Of a stretch of 64,000 bases of DNA, positions 10,951 to 21,412 are shown piece by piece. The notes under the pieces are model-generated. The model saw nothing but the letters and a program-made list of their open reading frames with translations, did not search any database and was not told where the DNA came from. A program made the position numbers and the translations under genes. The stretch's first letter is position 1, and every line of letters starts with the position of its first letter. Origin of the DNA: an uncultured Candidatus Rokubacteria bacterium (GTDB lineage Bacteria; Methylomirabilota; Methylomirabilia; Rokubacteriales; DASRDR01); assembly GCA_963708025.1 (NCBI GenBank), contig CAVPSB010000032.1, positions 128,001 to 192,000 of the forward strand, in the 5' to 3' direction.

Positions 10951-13900
10951 TCACCCCGCCAGTTCCCTCAGGAGCTTCGCGAGGGCCGCGTGCACCTCCC
11001 GCCAGGCCGCCGCCGGGATGGTGGCCTGGAGGACGAACTCCCGCACGAGCTTGAGGCGCTTGGGCTGCGTCCGGAGCAGGCTCAGCAGCCGGTCCGGCGC
11101 GACCGGTGTCCCGGTCGCGAAGGTGATGAGCGCCCGGCCCCCGCGCGCCTCCAGCTTCTCGATGCGCAAGGCTCGGGCCGTGACACGAAGGCCGACCACG
11201 TCGAGGAGCTGGGTGGCGGCGTCGGGCAGCGGACCGAAGCGGTCGGCCAGCTCCGCCCGCGCCTCCTCGATCTCGGCGAACGACCGGAGGCCGGCCAGGC
11301 GCTTGTAGAGCGCGAGGCGCTGCCCGGGCTCCTCCACGTACGCCTCCGGCAGGTACGCGGCGACCTCCACCGTCACCACCGGATCCAGCTCCTCCTCGAC
11401 TGGCTCGCCCTTCTGCTCGCGCACGGCCTGATCGAGGAGCTTCATGTACAGGTCGAACCCGACCGCCTCGATCTGCCCGTGCTGCTCGGCCCCGAGCAGG
11501 TTGCCCGCCCCCCGGATCTCCAGGTCGCGCAGGGCGACCTTCAGCCCGGAGCCGAGCTCGGTCAGCTCCTGGACCACCCGCAGGCGCTTGGCAGCCGTGT
11601 CGTCCACGCGCCCATCGGCCGGGATCAGGAGGTACGCATAGGCCTGCAGCCGATCGCGGCCGACCCGGCCGCGGAGCTGGTAGAGCTGGGCCAGCCCGAG
11701 CCGATCCGCCCGATTGATGATGATCGTGTTCGAGGCCGGAATGTCGAGCCCCGACTCCACGATCGCGGTGGAGACCAGCACGTCGTACTCGCCCGCGACG
11801 TACTTCGTCATCGTCCGCTCGAGCGCCACCTCGGGCATCTGGCCGTGGGCCATCGCGATGCGGGCCCGGGGGACGAGGCGCTGGATCAGCCGGGCCAGGG
11901 CCGGCAGCGACTGGATCCGGTTGTGAACCACGAACACCTGGCCGCCGCGGGCCAGCTCCCGCTCCACCGCGTCCTTGATCACGTTGGCGTCGAACCGGCA
12001 CACGACGGTCTCGACGGCGCGCCGGTCGGCGGGCGGCGTCTCGATGACCGACAGGTCGCGGATCCCCGACAGCGCCATCGACAGCGTGCGGGGGATCGGC
12101 GTCGCGGTCAGGGTGACCACGTGCACCGTCTTCCGGAGCTGCTTGAGCCGTTCCTTGTGGGTGACGCCGAAGCGGTGCTCCTCGTCCACGATCAGGAGGC
12201 CGAGGTCCTTGAAGGCGACATCCTTCGAGAGGAGCCGGTGGGTCCCGATGACCACGTCGACCGTCCCGTTCGCCAGCCCGGCCAGCACGGCCTTCTGCTC
12301 CTTGGGGGTGCGGAACCGCGAGAGCATCTCCACTCGGACCGGGTAGGAAACGAGGCGATCCCGGAAGGTCGTCCAGTGCTGCTGGGCCAGGATGGTCGTC
12401 GGCACCAGCATGGCCACCTGGCGGCCGTCGAGGGCGACCTTGAGGGCGGCGCGCATGGCCACCTCGGTCTTCCCGTAGCCCACGTCGCCGCAGACGAGGC
12501 GGTCCATCGGCCGCGGTCGCTCCAGGTCGGCCTTGACCTGGGTGATGGCCTCGAGCTGGTCCGGCGTCTCCTCGTACGGGAAGGCCGCCTCGAACTCGTG
12601 CTGCCACGGGGTGTCGGAGCCGACGGCGAAGCCGGAGAGGACCTGGCGGGCGGCGTAGAGCTGCAGCAGGTCGCCGGCGATCTGGCGCACGGCGGCCCGG
12701 ACCGACTCCTTGGTCTTCTGCCAGCTCGTGCCCCCGAGCCTGTCGAGGCGGCCGGCGCCGTCGCCCGCGCCCACGTACTTCGAGATCGCCGCCATCCGCT
12801 GGACGGGCAGGTAGAGGCGGTCGCCCTCGGTGTAGTCGAGCAGCAGGTAGTCGCCCGGCTGGCCGTCGACTGTCAGGGTCACCAGCCCGCCGTAGCGGCC
12901 GATGCCGTGCTCGACGTGAACGACGAGATCGCCGGGAGCGAGGTCGGTGAACGCGCTCAGTCCCGAGCCGCGCTGGTAGGCCGGGCGGCGCCGCCCCGCC
13001 CGCCGCGTGCCGAACAGCTCGGTCTCGGTCAGGCAGACCAGCCCGAGCGCCGGGCACTCGAAGCCCGCGTGGGCGCCGCCCACCACGACGGCCAGGAGCT
13101 CGGGGCCCAGCAGCGTCGGGACGATCGGCCCCTCCAGCTCGTGGTCCTGGAGGATCTCCCGCAGTCGCCCGGCGGTGTGAGGGTCGCCGGCCATGAGCCG
13201 GACGCGGAACCCCTCCGCCCGGTACTCGGCCAGGCGGGCGGCCAGTCGGCGGAACTGGCCACGGAAGCCCTCGACCGAGCGCGTGTCGAGGCGGAACGCC
13301 GCGCTGCCGGCCGGCGCCCCGGCCACCAGGAGGCCGCACTCGACCCGCGGTCGGCCGGCGATCGCGGCGCCGAGGTCGGGCTCGTCGCCGTCGGGCTCCA
13401 GCAGGCTCGGCTCGGTCACCACGACCGGCGCGCCGGCCGGCAGGAAGCCGAGCAGCGTCGCCGAGCCGGCACCCGCCGCCACCATGGGCAGGACGGCGAT
13501 CGATTCCAGGGCCTCCGTCGAGCGCTGGCTGCCCGGGTCGAAGGCGCGGATCGACTCCACCTCGTCGCCGAGGAGCTCGAGCCGCACCGGCGTCGAGCGG
13601 GCGGGCGAGAAGACGTCGACGATCCCGCCCCGGACGCTCCACTGCCCGACCTCGCTCACGGTGGCGACGCGCTCGTAGCCACCCGCGGCCAGGTGCTCCA
13701 CCAGCGCGTCGCGGTCGATGACGTCGCCGACCGCGATCGCGAGGAGCTGCCGGCGCACCGCCTCCGGCGGCGGCAGGGCGCCGGTGGCGCCCCGCGGGCT
13801 CGTGACCAGCCACAGCGGTTCGCCTCGGAGGAGCCGGCCGAGGAGCGCGGCCCGCTCGGCGTCCTCCTCGCGCTCGGCCCCGCCCCGCCAGAGGGCCGCG

Positions 13901-14184
13901 TGAGGCGCGGGGAAGGCGACGATCTGATCGGCGGGCTTGGCCCCGGTCAGGCTGGCGAAGGCGCGGAGGTCGTCAACGGCCTGGGCCGCGGCCGGGCCGG
14001 GCGGCACGACGAGGCAGACCGGGGCGTCCGGCCGGAGCACCCCGACGACGGCGAGCGCCCGGGCGGAGCCCCAGAGGCCTTCGAGCAGGACCCGCCCGGC
14101 CCCCCGGTCGAGGGCCTCCCGGGCACGCGCGAGCTCATCCCACTCGACCAGGGACGACAACGGGGAAGTCAGCAGTGCGGACAC
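10951..14184 (-). CDS. mfd: Transcription-repair coupling factor
   Basis: RGGIVDVF, VHVEHGIGRY, CGDVGYGKTEVA, DEEHRFGV, QLRGRVGR, DLEIRGAGNLLG, TRCF C-terminal domain. Confidence 0.96.
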   Translation of the reverse strand: MSALLTSPLSSLVEWDELARAREALDRGAGRVLLEGLWGSARALAVVGVLRPDAPVCLVVPPGPAAAQAVDDLRAFASLTGAKPADQIVAFPAPHAALWRGGAEREEDAERAALLGRLLRGEPLWLVTSPRGATGALPPPEAVRRQLLAIAVGDVIDRDALVEHLAAGGYERVATVSEVGQWSVRGGIVDVFSPARSTPVRLELLGDEVESIRAFDPGSQRSTEALESIAVLPMVAAGAGSATLLGFLPAGAPVVVTEPSLLEPDGDEPDLGAAIAGRPRVECGLLVAGAPAGSAAFRLDTRSVEGFRGQFRRLAARLAEYRAEGFRVRLMAGDPHTAGRLREILQDHELEGPIVPTLLGPELLAVVVGGAHAGFECPALGLVCLTETELFGTRRAGRRRPAYQRGSGLSAFTDLAPGDLVVHVEHGIGRYGGLVTLTVDGQPGDYLLLDYTEGDRLYLPVQRMAAISKYVGAGDGAGRLDRLGGTSWQKTKESVRAAVRQIAGDLLQLYAARQVLSGFAVGSDTPWQHEFEAAFPYEETPDQLEAITQVKADLERPRPMDRLVCGDVGYGKTEVAMRAALKVALDGRQVAMLVPTTILAQQHWTTFRDRLVSYPVRVEMLSRFRTPKEQKAVLAGLANGTVDVVIGTHRLLSKDVAFKDLGLLIVDEEHRFGVTHKERLKQLRKTVHVVTLTATPIPRTLSMALSGIRDLSVIETPPADRRAVETVVCRFDANVIKDAVERELARGGQVFVVHNRIQSLPALARLIQRLVPRARIAMAHGQMPEVALERTMTKYVAGEYDVLVSTAIVESGLDIPASNTIIINRADRLGLAQLYQLRGRVGRDRLQAYAYLLIPADGRVDDTAAKRLRVVQELTELGSGLKVALRDLEIRGAGNLLGAEQHGQIEAVGFDLYMKLLDQAVREQKGEPVEEELDPVVTVEVAAYLPEAYVEEPGQRLALYKRLAGLRSFAEIEEARAELADRFGPLPDAATQLLDVVGLRVTARALRIEKLEARGGRALITFATGTPVAPDRLLSLLRTQPKRLKLVREFVLQATIPAAAWREVHAALAKLLRELAG

Positions 14185-14221
14185 AGGCTGGGGTTGGGCG
14201 GGCGACGCCGCCACGCGTTCA

Positions 14222-14250
14222 TGTATACCATCGACACCCGGCACGGTCAA
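14222..14250 (-). promoter_or_regulatory. Putative sigma70 promoter of mfd
   Basis: TTGACC-17 nt-TATACA with TG extension; supports start at 14184. Confidence 0.55.
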
Positions 14251-14343
14251 ACGAGCCGGGCGGACCGGTGCTCGCCGATGCCGCGGCTCACGACCGTTGC
14301 GCCGCCGGGCCGGGCCGATCGCGTCGCCACGCCCCGCCTCCGG

Positions 14344-14991
14344 CTACCGGGGTTGCTGGGCAAGGTGAAACGAGAGGTTCTCCAGCTCGATCGAGAAGTC
14401 CACGTTCTGCAGGCGCACGTCCCTGGGGACCTTCAGGCGGGCCGGGGCGAAGTTCAGGATCGACCGGACCCCGGCCGCGACCAGCCGGTCGGCGACCGTC
14501 TGCGCGGCCTCGGCCGGAACCGCGATCACGCCGATGTGGATGCCCTGCTGCTTGACCAGCCGGGGCAGCTCGCCGAGCGGCTGGATCTCGAGGCTGTCCA
14601 CGCGGCGCCCGCTCTTGCCCGGGTCATCGTCGACGATCGCCGCCACCCGGAACCCCTGCCGGGCGAACCCCCGGTAGTGGAACAACGCCGAGCCGAGGTT
14701 CCCGAAGCCGACCAGCACCACCCGCCACTCGCGGTCCAGGCCCAGCAGGCGCTGCAGCTCGGCCCGGAGGTTCGCGACGTAGTAGCCGATGCCACGGATC
14801 CCGAACTCGCCGAAGTAGGCGAGGTCCTTACGGACCTGAGCCGAGTTGAGATGGAAGCGCTCGGCCAGCTCCTGCGAGGAGATCGTCTTCACGCCGTCCT
14901 CGTCGAGCTGGGCCAGGCAGCGCGAGTAGATGGAGAGTCGGCGGATCGTCATCTCGGGAATCTTGGGGATCCGGGACGCGGGACGTGGCAT
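14344..14991 (-). CDS. rex: Redox-sensing transcriptional repressor Rex
   Basis: IPEMTIRRLSIY, QVRKDLAYFGEFG.RG.GY, GFGNLG Rossmann motif, ILNFAP. Confidence 0.95.
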   Translation of the reverse strand: MPRPASRIPKIPEMTIRRLSIYSRCLAQLDEDGVKTISSQELAERFHLNSAQVRKDLAYFGEFGIRGIGYYVANLRAELQRLLGLDREWRVVLVGFGNLGSALFHYRGFARQGFRVAAIVDDDPGKSGRRVDSLEIQPLGELPRLVKQQGIHIGVIAVPAEAAQTVADRLVAAGVRSILNFAPARLKVPRDVRLQNVDFSIELENLSFHLAQQPR

Positions 14992-15043
14992 GAGGCAGCA
15001 GCGGAGGGCGGGCGACCCGGGAGTCACCCGCCCCGATCCGCGG

Positions 15044-15373
15044 TTACTTGAACGGGTTGGCGAAGAGCAAGATGATCGCGATGACCAGCGTGTAGATCGC
15101 GAGCGACTCGATCAGGGCCAGACCGATGATCATCGCGGTCTGGATCCGGGCCGCGGCGCCGGGCTGGCGCGCCATCCCCTCCAGCGCGGCCGCGATGGCC
15201 CGCGCCTGCCCCAGGCCGCAGAGGCCGGCAGCCAGGGCCATGCCGATCCCGGCGGCGATCACCGTGAAGGGCCCGAGCCACGGCGCCCGCGCTTCGGCGG
15301 CCGCCTGCTGGGCGGAAGCGACCCCCCCGAAGAGCCCGACGGCCACCAGCAGCAGGATCAGGATGATTCGCAC
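15044..15373 (-). CDS. atpE: ATP synthase F0 subunit c (with N-terminal signal-like extension)
   Basis: [19 protein letters not shown]; conserved Glu. Confidence 0.93.
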   Translation of the reverse strand: MRIILILLLVAVGLFGGVASAQQAAAEARAPWLGPFTVIAAGIGMALAAGLCGLGQARAIAAALEGMARQPGAAARIQTAMIIGLALIESLAIYTLVIAIILLFANPFK

Positions 15374-15419
15374 CGTCCTCCTCCTTTCCGGCGTGAACGC
15401 ACGCCCCGGTCAGTTTGGA

Positions 15420-15504
15420 ACCTCCCGCCTACCCCCCCCGACCCCCCTCCCCCACCCACCGGGGGGGACGGGGGAGCCGGAGGGGCCGATTGCTTCACAA
15501 GCTC
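15420..15504. repeat. REP-like family D copy
   Basis: ACCTCCCGCC..CCCCTCCCCCACCCACCGGGGGGG..CTTCACAAGCTCTC; similar to 18762-18850. Confidence 0.75.
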
Positions 15505-16299
15505 TCAGATTCCGTGCGGAGCCTCGGCGCCGCCGGCCGCGTGGCTCGGCTCGTGGTCGTGCTCGCCTTCGAGGGCGCCCGCGATGTACAGCATCGAGAG
15601 CATGCAGAAGATGAAGGCCTGCAGGAACGCGACGAGCATCTTCAGCGGGTACAGGAACCCGACGGTGAACGCGACGGTCGTGACGGCGCCGACGCTGCCG
15701 ATCAGCCAGCCGAGCCATCCGGCGACGCCGGACAGGGCCCAGGACACGAGCCCGGCCGTCATGAAGAAGACGATCGACAGCAGGATGTGCCCGCCCAGCA
15801 TGTTGCCGAACAGCCGCAGGGTGAGCGACAGGGGCCGCGCGAAGTGGCTGATCAGCTCGATGGGGATCATGAGCGGCGCCAGCGCGGGCATCGGCCCCAT
15901 GAAGTGGCGGAGGTACGGCCCCAGGCCGTTCTTCCGGATGCCGATCCAGTGATAGGAGAAGAACACGACGATGGCGCAGGCGGCGGTCGTGTTCACGTTG
16001 TCGGTGGGGGCGGTGAACCCCGGCACCAGCCCCAGCAGGTTCGCCGAGAAGATGTAGAGGCCCAGCGTCGCGATCAGCGGGAGGAAGCGGCGGCCCTCGG
16101 GGCCGATGACATCGTCGATCAGGGCGAGGACGAACTCGAGGACGGCTTCCATCGCGTTCTGCAGCCCGGTCGGGACCAGGGACGGCCGCCGGGCCGCCGC
16201 GACCCCGACCAGGACCAGCGCCAGCATCACCACCCAGCTGAAGACGACGTGGTGCGGCAGCCCGAAGGTGTTGAAGACCGGCGGCTCGAGGGCCTGCAT
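15505..16299 (-). CDS. atpB: ATP synthase F0 subunit a
   Basis: PTGLQN, NLLGLVPG, SLTLRLFGNM (conserved Arg), LQAFIF. Confidence 0.95.
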   Translation of the reverse strand: MQALEPPVFNTFGLPHHVVFSWVVMLALVLVGVAAARRPSLVPTGLQNAMEAVLEFVLALIDDVIGPEGRRFLPLIATLGLYIFSANLLGLVPGFTAPTDNVNTTAACAIVVFFSYHWIGIRKNGLGPYLRHFMGPMPALAPLMIPIELISHFARPLSLTLRLFGNMLGGHILLSIVFFMTAGLVSWALSGVAGWLGWLIGSVGAVTTVAFTVGFLYPLKMLVAFLQAFIFCMLSMLYIAGALEGEHDHEPSHAAGGAEAPHGI

Positions 16300-16308
16300 C
16301 CGCGCGCC

Positions 16309-16686
16309 TCAGGAAACCCGGGCCGCCCGGAGACCCGCGACGATCACCGTGCACGGCAGCGCGGTCAGCGCCACCAGGAGCCCGACCAGGCCCAGCCGCC
16401 CCTGCACCGCGGCGAGACCCAGCGCGAGCGCCACCACCCCGAAGCGCACCCCGCTCGCCCCGACCCACAGGGCCCGCATGATCGCGCCGCCCGTCGGTCC
16501 CCGCCGGAGGGCCAGGTCGGCCGTCCAGCGGAGCCAGAGGAAGTTGGCGATGGTGATGGCGCCTCCGACGACGGCCCCGGCCGCCTGCGCGGGCCCCGAG
16601 AGGGACCAGGCGGCACCCGCGATGAGGCCGACGAGGCCGGCGGTCAGCCAGGTGATCCGGTACGCCAGGTCCCGATCCTCACTCAC
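16309..16686 (-). CDS. atpI: ATP synthase subunit I-like membrane protein
   Basis: Four hydrophobic segments, GG..TIANF motif, position between atpZ-like gene and atpB. Confidence 0.75.
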   Translation of the reverse strand: MSEDRDLAYRITWLTAGLVGLIAGAAWSLSGPAQAAGAVVGGAITIANFLWLRWTADLALRRGPTGGAIMRALWVGASGVRFGVVALALGLAAVQGRLGLVGLLVALTALPCTVIVAGLRAARVS

Positions 16687-16927
16687 TCTCGCGCTCTCCG
16701 TCGAACAGGCCCACCGCGCGGAACAGGTTGAGAAACCCGGCGGCGATCCCCAGCAGGAGCCCGACCAGCATCAGCCACGGCGAGGTCCCGAGCCACCGGT
16801 CCAGGTAGTGGCCCCCCACGAAGCCCAGCATGGTGCAGATCACCAGGGTGAGCCCCACTCCACTGAGGACGCCGACTTGCCGGATCCAGCGCCGGTTCGG
16901 CCGCGGCCGATCGTCGATCACACCCAT
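16679..16927 (-). CDS. AtpZ/AtpI family F0F1 gene-1 protein
   Basis: G.YLDRWLGTSPWLMLVGLLLGIAAGF signature. Confidence 0.85.
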   Translation of the reverse strand: MGVIDDRPRPNRRWIRQVGVLSGVGLTLVICTMLGFVGGHYLDRWLGTSPWLMLVGLLLGIAAGFLNLFRAVGLFDGERESE

Positions 16928-16950
16928 ATCTCCGGCAAGGAAAGGGAGGC

Positions 16951-16971
16951 TTGTGAACGGAAACACTAGCA
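16951..16971 (-). promoter_or_regulatory. Putative Rex operator overlapping extended -10 promoter of atp/rex operon
   Basis: TTGTGAA-CGGA-AACACTA vs Rex consensus TTGTGAA-N4-TTCACAA; TGcTAGTGT on the minus strand. Confidence 0.6.
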
Positions 16972-17085
16972 CAGGCTCCGGGGGGAGGCAACCCCGGGGC
17001 AGCCGCGGGGCCCCGAAGCGCGAACGCGACTGCCGTCATCGGCCACGGTCGCTCGGCGCGATGCGACGCTCACTGGCCCCGCCCC

Positions 17086-18850
17086 CTACCCAAACATCCC
17101 GCCCATCCGCGTTCCCGCCACCCGAGTTGATCACCACGAGGCAGACGGCGGCCACCAGGATCAGCACGACGCCGAGGGCGGCGGCCTCGCTGGCGCTGCC
17201 CGCGATGTAGAAGTTGAAGATCCCGACCGTGATGGTCTCCCAGCCGCCGAGGGAGAGGAAGAGCAGCGCCGAGGCCTCCTGGAGCGAGGTCATGAAGGAG
17301 AAGAGCCCGCCGATCAGCACGCCCTTCCAGATGAGCGGGAGCGTGATGTCCCGGAAGGTTCGCAGCCGCGAGGCGCCCACGCTGCCGGCCGCTTCCTCGA
17401 GCGAGCGGTGGACGAGGAGCAGCGAGGCGTAGCTGCCTCGCACCGTGTACGGCAGCCGCCGGACGGCGAGGACGAGGGGCAGGATGAGCCACAGGCTGGT
17501 GAGCGGGAGGCCGAGACCGGGGATGTCGTGGTGGAAGGCCCGCACGTACGCAATGCCGATGGCCGTACCGGGGATGGCCAGGATCAGGGTATTGAGGCCG
17601 TCGAGGAGACCGTTCCCGGGGAGGCGGGTCCGGGCGAGGAGCCAGGCGATCGGGACGCCGACCGCGACGCAGATGGCCACCGCCAGCGCCGAGTACAGGA
17701 GGCTGTTGACGATGTACTTGGGGGTCTCGACGAGCACGCGCTCGAAGAACTGGAGCGTGTAAGCGGTCGGGAGGGGCGTCAGGGACCAGCCCCGCCCGAA
17801 GGCGGCCAGCGCCACGCCCAGGTAGGGCACGAAGGAGAGGAGCATGACGAACGACAGGGCGGCCACCACCAGCGCCTGGACCGGTCCCGGCAGCCGCCGC
17901 CGCTCCACCCGGGAATAGGCCAGCGAGGAGTAGTCCTTGATCGCGACGTAGTGCCGGGCGACGAGCAGGAAGAGGACGGCGAGCCCGACCAGGAGCGCCG
18001 AGATCACGATGCCCATCCGGAAGAGGCGGCGGTCCACGAACTGGACGATGTTGAGGTAGGCCTGGCAGGCCAGCAGGTCGTGGACGCCGACCACGAGCGG
18101 CGTGACGAAGTCGGCGAAGGTCCAGATGAAGACCAGGAGCGCGCCCGCGACGTAGCCGGGTGTGGTGAGCGGCAGCGTGATCGTCCACAGCTTGCGCCAA
18201 CCGCGCGCCCCGACGCTCTCGGCCGCCTCCTCCAGCGCCGGATCGACCTTCGACAAGGCATCCACCACGTTGAGCGTGATCATGGGAAAGAGGTGGAGCG
18301 TCTCGACCAAGAGCACGCCGTGGAGCCCGTACATGAAGTTGACGGGCGTGACCAGGTCGAAGTGGTCCATGAGCAGCACGTTGACGGTGCCGGCCCGCCC
18401 CAGGATGAAGACGAAGCCCAGCACGCCCACCAGCGGTGGCGAGATGATCGGGATCAGCGTCAGGTACGAAAAGAGGCCCCGGCCCCGGAACTCGTAGCGG
18501 ACCAGCAGGTAGGCGATCCCGACCCCAAGCACCGAGGTGCCGGCGACCACCCCGAGACCGAGGAGGATCGAGTTCCACAACGAGCGCAGGTAGAAGCCGT
18601 CGGTGAGGAAGGCCGCGAAGTGCGCGAGGGTCAGCGCACCGGCGTCGTCCGTCACCGCGTCGTAGAAGATCCGGGCCAGAGGGAAGAGGAGGAACACGAG
18701 CAGGAAGGCCCAGATCCCAAGGACGGCGAGGACGCCCAGTAGCTGGCTGGCGGACTTTCGGGACCTCCCGCCCTCCTCCCCAACCCCCCCTCCCCCACCC
18801 ACTGGGGGGAGGGGGGAGTCGGAATGCCCCATTCCTTCACACGCTCTCAC
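17086..18850 (-). CDS. ABC transporter permease, FbpB/ThiP-like two-domain (probable 1-nt frameshift near C-terminus)
   Basis: Two EAA loops (LEEAAESVGA, LEEAAGSVGA); removing one base near 17127 gives the C-terminus NRVAGTRMGGMFG*. Confidence 0.85.
18762..18850. repeat. REP-like family D copy (inside predicted permease N-terminus)
   Basis: GACCTCCCGCC..CCCTCCCCCACCCACTGGGGGGAGGGGGGAG..CTTCACACGCTCTC. Confidence 0.75.
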
Positions 18851-19020
18851 CTCAGAACCTCCCGTCGGCTCCCAACTCAGAGCCCATACCGGAATCCCGG
18901 GGGCTCCCCATCCCGCGCATCGGCCTCTCGCAGCCCCCAAGCTCCGGCTGCGCGGCCGTGGTGTTCCGCTTCGAGCCGCGGCCCAAGGCCGAAGGCCGTC
19001 CAACAGTCGCGGCCTCCGAA

Positions 19021-19057
19021 GGGGGGGCATCGGGGGGGCTTCCGAGACCCCCCCGAA
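19021..19057. repeat. Hairpin repeat family C copy 2
   Basis: GGGGGGGCATCGGGGGGGCTTCCGAGACCCCCCCGAA just after the ATPase stop. Confidence 0.75.
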
Positions 19058-19061
19058 GCTA

Positions 19062-20132
19062 TCACGCGCTCTCGTCGGGCAGGGCCAGCGTGACCGACGA
19101 CGGGAACGACAGGGTGACGCTGGTGCCGACGGGCAGCGCCTCGTGATGCCAGGCATCCCGGATGTCCGCCTTCAGCGTCATCCCGCCGGCCTCCACGTCG
19201 TAGCGGAGCGTGTTCCCGAGATAGGCGGTGAGCGCCACTCGGCCCGGCACCCGGTTGCCGTCGCCGCCGCCGGCGCCGATCGTCACGTTCTCCGGCCGGA
19301 TGGCCAGCACGCACGTCCGGCCGGCTCCCACCGGACCCACCGCCCGGGCCATGATCGGCCCCAGCGCGGTCTCGACGAACAGTACCTCGCCGGCCTGTCC
19401 CTTCACGGTGCCCGGGATCAGGTTGTTCGTCCCCACGAAGTCGGCGACGAAGCGCGTCCGCGGTCGCTCGTACAGCTCCCGCGGTGCGCCGAGCTGGAGC
19501 ACCCGCCCGTCACGCATCACGGCGACCCGGTCGGACAGCGACAGCGCCTCCTCCTGGTCGTGGGTCACGTAGACGGTGGTGATGCCCAGCTCCTGCTGAA
19601 GCGTCCGGATCTCCGCCCGCACCTGCATCCGGATCTTGGCGTCGAGGTTCGACAGCGGCTCGTCGAGCAGCAGGATGTCGGGGTTGAGGACCAGCGCCCG
19701 GGCCAGGGCCACCCGTTGCTGCTGCCCGCCAGAGAGCTGGCCCGGGTAGCGCGACTCGAGCCCGGCCAGGTTCACCTTGCGGAGACCCCCGGCCACGCGC
19801 TCGCGCAGGGCGTCACCCGACAGGCGACGGAGCCGGAGCCCGTACGCCACATTCTGGAACACGGTCATGTGCGGCCACAGCGCGTAGTTCTGGAATACCA
19901 TCCCGATGTTGCGCGCGTGGGGCGGGACGTCGTTGACGATCCGGTCGCCGAAGACGATGGCGCCCGCGTCCGGCCTGTAGAAGCCCGCGATCAGCCGGAG
20001 CAGGGTGGTCTTGCCGCAGCCCGACGGGCCCAGCAGCGTGAAGAGCTCGCCGTCGGCGATCTCGAGCGAGACGCCGTTGACGGCGGCGACGGCGCCGAAG
20101 CGCTTGATGACCTCGCGGACGGCGACTTTCAT
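19062..20132 (-). CDS. ABC transporter ATP-binding protein (PotA/FbpC-like, TOBE)
   Basis: [30 protein letters not shown]. Confidence 0.93.
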   Translation of the reverse strand: MKVAVREVIKRFGAVAAVNGVSLEIADGELFTLLGPSGCGKTTLLRLIAGFYRPDAGAIVFGDRIVNDVPPHARNIGMVFQNYALWPHMTVFQNVAYGLRLRRLSGDALRERVAGGLRKVNLAGLESRYPGQLSGGQQQRVALARALVLNPDILLLDEPLSNLDAKIRMQVRAEIRTLQQELGITTVYVTHDQEEALSLSDRVAVMRDGRVLQLGAPRELYERPRTRFVADFVGTNNLIPGTVKGQAGEVLFVETALGPIMARAVGPVGAGRTCVLAIRPENVTIGAGGGDGNRVPGRVALTAYLGNTLRYDVEAGGMTLKADIRDAWHHEALPVGTSVTLSFPSSVTLALPDESA

Positions 20133-20217
20133 GCGGTCCTCGCCTCGCCCGCGGCCCTTCGGCACGACCCGCCGAGCGTCCCGGGCTGTCCGGGGAGCCC
20201 CGACGCCGCGCGGCGGG

Positions 20218-21339
20218 CTACTTCTTCTTGAGCTCCTCCCAGGCGGCCTCGATGTCCTTGCGGAAGCGCTCGTTGACCTCCTGGTAGCGCTTCTGGGCCA
20301 CGTCCTCGTCGTAGTTGCCGACGACCTCGTACTCGAAGTAGGAGCGGACGCCGCCGGTGAACTCGACGGCCTTCTCGGCAACCGAGCCCGGGGGGCCCTG
20401 CACCTTGTACCGGGGCGTGATCGGGAACAGGCCGCGCTCCATGAACACCCGCTGGCCGCGCTCGGTCAGCAGGAACTCGATGAAGGCCTTGGCCGCCCGG
20501 GGATGCCGGGCCCCGGTCAGGACGGCCATGGGCTCCGGGGTGACGAAGGCGTTCCTCGGGGCGACGTACTTGATGTCGAAGCCGGCCAGGACCTCCTCGA
20601 ACGCCATGTAGGACGGCACCGCGAAGCCGGCGGCGAACTCGCCCTTGGCCACGACCGACGGCACGTCCCGGCTGCGGGCGGTGAAGATGCCAGTGCTGGC
20701 CCCGAGCCGCTTGAGCCACTCCCAGCCCGCCTGGTCTCCCTTCACCTGGAGGATGATCTCGTAGGTGGCGTGGCTCGAGGACGACCGGCTGGGGGCGCAC
20801 TGGGCGACGTTCCCCTTGAGCTTCGGGTGGAGGAGGTCCTCCCAGTCCTTCGGCTCCGGGACACCCAGGCGCTTGAGGAGCCGCGGGTGGTAGACGATGC
20901 CGTACGGCTCCAGCGCCGTCCCGATCCAGAAGCCCTGCGGGTCCTTCAGCGGGATCGGCTTGGGCTTGCCGATCGAGGGCGGGATCGACTCGGCCAGCTC
21001 CCGGCCGATCTCGTGTTTGACCAGGAGCTTCTGCTCGGCGAGCTTGTCGAAGAGCGCCGACTCGCCGCCCCAGAAGATGTCGGCCTCGGGCTTCCCCTTC
21101 CACTCGACGATCCGCCCATAGGAGACCGGGGTGCCGGCGTACTGCGCGTTGGTCTTCACCGTCACGCCCCACTTCTCCTTGGCGTAGTCGGCGAAGGCCT
21201 TCAGGGCGGCGTCCACGATGAACTTCGAGACGGGGGTCTGGAGGACCAGCTCGTCCTCGATGGGTGGCGTCTGGGCCACGACTGGGCCGGCGCCGGCGAG
21301 GACGGCGACCAGCCACAGCGTGACGAGTGCGATTTGCAC
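20218..21339 (-). CDS. ABC transporter substrate-binding protein (Fe3+/thiamine/AfuA-like)
   Basis: Signal peptide; PEADIFWGG, PKDWEDLLHP, AAKAFIEFLLT; GGAGG SD. Confidence 0.88.
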   Translation of the reverse strand: MQIALVTLWLVAVLAGAGPVVAQTPPIEDELVLQTPVSKFIVDAALKAFADYAKEKWGVTVKTNAQYAGTPVSYGRIVEWKGKPEADIFWGGESALFDKLAEQKLLVKHEIGRELAESIPPSIGKPKPIPLKDPQGFWIGTALEPYGIVYHPRLLKRLGVPEPKDWEDLLHPKLKGNVAQCAPSRSSSSHATYEIILQVKGDQAGWEWLKRLGASTGIFTARSRDVPSVVAKGEFAAGFAVPSYMAFEEVLAGFDIKYVAPRNAFVTPEPMAVLTGARHPRAAKAFIEFLLTERGQRVFMERGLFPITPRYKVQGPPGSVAEKAVEFTGGVRSYFEYEVVGNYDEDVAQKRYQEVNERFRKDIEAAWEELKKK

Positions 21340-21412
21340 GGATGACCTCCTTGTCAGCGGGCCATCGCTGACCCTGTCGGGAAGCGGCGCTCCCGGCCGC
21401 CGATCCGAAGGC

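Noticed and set aside
10273..15051. 1592-aa plus-strand ORF (and other long antisense ORFs such as 33376-36963, 51396-54800, 59330-63499)
   Set aside because: Shadow ORFs antisense to well-supported genes, expected at this GC content
15494..15500. Second Rex site (TTCACAA) between atpB and atpE
   Set aside because: Half-site only, and part of repeat family D (the same position in the 18762 copy reads TTCACAC)
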